This document shows positions 63,689-64,000 of a DNA stretch of 64,000 bases, piece by piece. A program made the position numbers and the translations under genes. The stretch's first letter is position 1. Each line of letters begins with the position of its first letter. The stretch is from positions 68,615-132,614 of the forward strand of contig CAVXEP010000006.1 in NCBI GenBank assembly GCA_963760795.1, read 5' to 3'. Source of the stretch: an uncultured delta proteobacterium. GTDB taxonomy: Bacteria; Desulfobacterota; Binatia; UBA9968. The notes under the pieces are model-generated. The model was not told the origin of the DNA and made no database searches. It saw only the letters and a program-made list of their open reading frames with translations.

Positions 63689-64000
63689 ATGCCTGTGCGG
63701 CCCACCAACCCCGTCCACGACGTCTTCGCGACCGCGCTGGTCCTGATCCTCGTCATCGGTGCCGCCGTAGCGCTGCGCTTCCTGCGCCGGACGCGGCCCG
63801 ACCTGCCGCTTGCCTGGCCGCTGGCGGTGGGGCTCGGCATCAGAGTCCTCATCACCGGCCTGTTGGTGTTGGTCGGTCCAAGCCGGGACTTCCGGGGCGG
63901 CGACGAGATCTTCTTCCTCACCCAGGCCGACGCGATCGCCGACACCCCGTTTGCATCCGAGCTCTGGGTCGAGGCGCTGACCGACCAGCTCCACGTCGCG
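63689..64000 (+). CDS. Membrane protein, 3'-truncated (possible polysaccharide polymerase/GT-C)
   Basis: Open frame to window end with two TM helices followed by GGDE. Confidence 0.5.
   Translation, partial: MPVRPTNPVHDVFATALVLILVIGAAVALRFLRRTRPDLPLAWPLAVGLGIRVLITGLLVLVGPSRDFRGGDEIFFLTQADAIADTPFASELWVEALTDQLHVA

Noticed and set aside
59036-64000. Genomic island or HGT interpretation, and the many overlapping ORFs there
   Set aside because: No mobility genes or att sites; mid-gene junction and high error rate indicate chimera; extra ORFs are high-GC and frameshift artefacts

Overview
Two unrelated-looking segments joined at about 59,030. Bases 1-59,030 are moderately GC-rich bacterial chromosome. 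The gene repertoire (NMT1-type binding proteins, Amidohydro_2, CMD, cupins) suggests Candidatus Binatia or a related deltaproteobacterium; this is inference. The segment carries comEC, uvrC and uvrB, assorted catabolic and transport genes, and a dispersed selenoneine/ergothioneine locus. That locus has an EgtU/Opu-like ABC importer divergent from egtD and, about 8 kb away, a GH84 O-GlcNAcase-like gene upstream of senA-senB; no senC/selD is in the window. Next is a roughly 19 kb arsenic-phosphate island: ars operon, phoX, ppx, sixA, CHAD, a tandem thymidylate-kinase-like (PPK3-like) pair, pstSCAB-phoU-phoB, and a PhoR that runs in frame into an ArsC/LMW-PTP domain. Several promoters in the island carry 11-bp-periodic Pho-box arrays. 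At about 59,030 a DUF47 gene is cut off and the sequence switches to very high-GC, heavily frameshifted, actinobacterial-like polysaccharide genes, most likely a chimeric read or assembly. Scattered single-base frameshifts in otherwise intact genes suggest long-read errors. The best candidate novelties are the PhoR-ArsC fusion with its neighbouring pseudo-enzymes and the GH84-senA-senB operon. All assignments come from motif recognition by eye; no searches were run.
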